From positions 190,712,001 to 190,776,000 of the forward strand of contig JANJGN010000004.1 of assembly GCA_026770705.1 (NCBI GenBank): DNA of 64,000 bases. The letters are read 5' to 3'. A program made the position numbers and the translations under genes. The DNA comes from Isurus oxyrinchus (Eukaryota). The notes under the pieces were generated by a model. That model saw only the letters and a program-made list of their open reading frames with translations, was not told where the DNA came from and did no database searches. Below are positions 61,701-64,000 of this stretch, piece after piece. The stretch's first letter is position 1, and every line of letters starts with the position of its first letter.

Positions 61701-62129
61701 AAAATCGCTTTTCAAATTTGTGGGGAATCGTATTTAAACAGCTGCTGGTTGTATACAGGGGTACTGTAAGTGCTTTTATTTTATTCTTAATATGGCTCAT
61801 TTTAATTAATCTTATTTTTGTCTCCAGAAAGCAGCAAGGCTGATCCATCACAGGAAGCTGAGAAACATTATTTACAAACTGCAATAGAAACCTGTTCCAT
61901 TCGTCCCGCCCTGAATCTCAGCCAGCAATTGAGCCGGACTTGCTTTAGTGATCATTCACTGTGTGACCCTGGGACCTGAGTGCAAAATTCATCCTGTTAA
62001 TCAGCTATTTGACAAGGTTCTGCATCATCCCGTGGTGATGATTTAGTTCTGGTGGGACAGTGTAATATGGGTAATAGTGAACCAATAGCCTGATTTAAAT
62101 CTCTGCCATTGGCTGGAATGGCACTCAAG

Positions 62130-62342
62130 GCTGAAAGTGGCGCCAGTCAAAAAGTGACACGGCTCAGGAGAGGTAGCTGATTGGTAAGTCGGGCCAGGTG
62201 AGTATGTTTACTTTTTCTACTACTTAAACTGCTGTAGTCCATTAGCTTAAACAAAATAAGGTGAGGACTTTGGACTGTAGTGGGAGTGTTTGGAGTGGAA
62301 TAAGGCCCCTAGTGTAGTTAATATTCTTTAAAGAGAGTAACT
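62130..62342 (+). mobile_element. Inverted copy of the CR1 5'UTR segment 61325-61500
   Basis: Reverse-complement match, e.g. GCTGATTGGTAAGTCGGGCCAGGTGAG and CCATTAGCTTAAACAAAATAAGG. Confidence 0.85.
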
Positions 62343-63229
62343 GGCTGTTGATTGGCTATTTTACACTAACGCACCAAGACCAAGTGATCCCAATACTCCG
62401 AATGGAATGTGAATTTGAGCATTCTCAGTCTAAGTCTGTACAAACACCCAGGCTTTATCTATGATGTAAATAGTGGGAGAGCTCATGGGGCAGAGGTGAC
62501 CGTGAGTAGGACAGGTTTGATCTACTAATTATTTGCTCAGGGAACTGGCTGCTGCCTCCAACTCCTCGGCTGCAATGGGAGGTTCTGCTGGAGGTCAGCC
62601 AGCTTTCAATAAGTGATCTCAGAGTGAATCTGTGTTTTTACTGTCAGTCTAGCAAAGTTACATGATGGAGCTGCAATGGTAGTGAACAGTGCAATAAATT
62701 AACAACGGTTTGTGTGTGTACCTTGACCCCTCCATAGCATCAGCTTGCGCCTCACTTCATAAAATCATACAGCACAGAATGATGCCATTTGGCCCATCAT
62801 ATCTGTATCAGTTCTATGAAAGAGTATTCTATTTGCCCCACTCCCCTGTTCTCTCCTCATCTCCCTGAAAAATCCTCCCTTTCAAGAATTTATCCAATTT
62901 CCAGTTGAAAATTAGTATTGAGTATGCTCCCATCGTCCATTCAGGCAGCGCATTCCAGATCATAACTCTATATAAAAAAAATTTCCTCAAGCTGCTTCTG
63001 GTTCTTTTGCCAATTACCTTAAATCTGTGTTCCTACCCAATCCTTCTGGTGCTGAACATTTATCTCAGGACGTGGGTGTCCCTGATAAAACAGGTATTTA
63101 TTGCAGAGAGAGTTTTACTTTCTATCTAATCCGTGCTGTACCTGGCCTGGGAATGTTTGATCAGCTAGTGTTGAGAGGGTTTTACTCTGTATCTAACTTG
63201 TGCTGTCCCTGTCCTTGCAGCACAGGCAG

Positions 63230-63780
63230 CACACCCTGTGGGTCTGTCATCTGCTATTCTGACAGCAGTCATGATTCCTTCAGCGGGTTACACTGCTCTG
63301 TGCCCCCTGAATTCCAATCAGTCTTCCAAGTTAACAGCAGTCTACATGGGGATCAGGATTATTCACACCTTACATGGCTTATGAGCCTGATTTGGAACCT
63401 GCACATTATTGAACAACAGGAATGTAATGAGGTCCAGGCTACCACACTGGACATTAACCAACAGAAAGTCGCCATTTTGAAACACCTTCATTGCTGGGAC
63501 TGCACAGGTGGAGTCCTACAGTTCACTGTTGAGCAGGTATCCAGATTTGTGTGATAGTTTGCTACAGGCTCCATAATCTTAGCACCTTGAGGGAAAAGCC
63601 CTTACCACCAGCTACCAGGGAAAAAAATGAAGAGGAGTAGGAACACAAATGAAGACGGGGGATGAGGTAGAAGAAGAGGCAGAGGAAATGGAGGAAGAGG
63701 AGGAGGATGAGAAGCTGCAATCTTGGCAACCCCTTACTGTCAGGGCTCTAAGAAACAATTCCATTGAACTTAACTGTAGC
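63230..63780 (+). mobile_element. Ancient Harbinger transposase C-terminal fragment
   Basis: SSHDSF..GDQDYSHLTWLM..ILKHLHCWDCTGGVLQFTVEQVSRF..LHNL plus acidic tail. Confidence 0.7.
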
Positions 63781-64000
63781 TCTCCATTCATCATCACCGA
63801 CACCCTCCTTACAGTTCTTATATAGTTCACAGGATATGGGCATCACTGGTCGGCCAGCATTTATTGCCCATCCCCAATTTCCCTTGAGAAGGTGGTAGTG
63901 AGCAAGCTTCTTCACCCAGAAACAGAGAAGGAACAACAATATAGTTCCAAGTCAGGATGGTATGTGGTTTGGAGGAGAAGGTGGTCTTCCCATGCATCTA

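Larger units (their letters stand above)
44507..61843 (+). pseudogene. Pseudogenised paralog of the Siglec-15-like gene (leader 44507-44567, broken IgV1 45339-~45692, last exon 61828-61843)
   Basis: Leader [20 protein letters not shown] intact. V1 is frameshifted with an in-frame TAG, its second Cys is lost (EDTGENMYRVEL) and its donor is mutated GT>AT. No V2 or TM homolog found. Last exon KQQG* present. Confidence 0.85.
44350..63540 (+). repeat. Tandem segmental duplicate of ~13920-32260
   Basis: Colinear homologous blocks: 13923-15650 vs 44353-45815; 20390-21900 vs 52390-52745 plus 54523-55700; 29980-32258 vs 61715-63528. Confidence 0.9.

Overview
Eukaryotic, repeat-dense vertebrate DNA. 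The CR1/DeuSINE/Penelope/Harbinger content points to a cartilaginous fish (inference). Most ORF-track entries are transposon debris or low-complexity artefacts. The main result is a complete 5-exon + strand gene assembled by hand from splice sites: leader 14070-14130, IgV1 15148-15540, IgV2 22741-23091, TM 27944-28043, tail 30096-30111 (921 nt, 306 aa, all introns GT-AG and phase-compatible). It encodes a Siglec-15-like receptor with an atypical V-V ectodomain. The sialic-acid Arg is kept only in V1, the TM carries a Lys (DAP12-type) and the tail is ~10 aa. A tandem segmental duplicate (~44350-63540) carries a pseudogenised paralog with an intact leader and last exon, a broken V1, and no V2 or TM exon. 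Both copies have a G-rich purine array at the same intron position. Surrounding elements: several degenerate two-gene PIF/Harbinger DNA transposons (DDE transposase plus spliced Myb/SANT gene), a rearranged Tx1-like LINE, many CR1-type LINEs, tRNA-SINEs, a solo LTR, and short Penelope-type insertions that carry minimal hammerhead-ribozyme motifs and target-site duplications.
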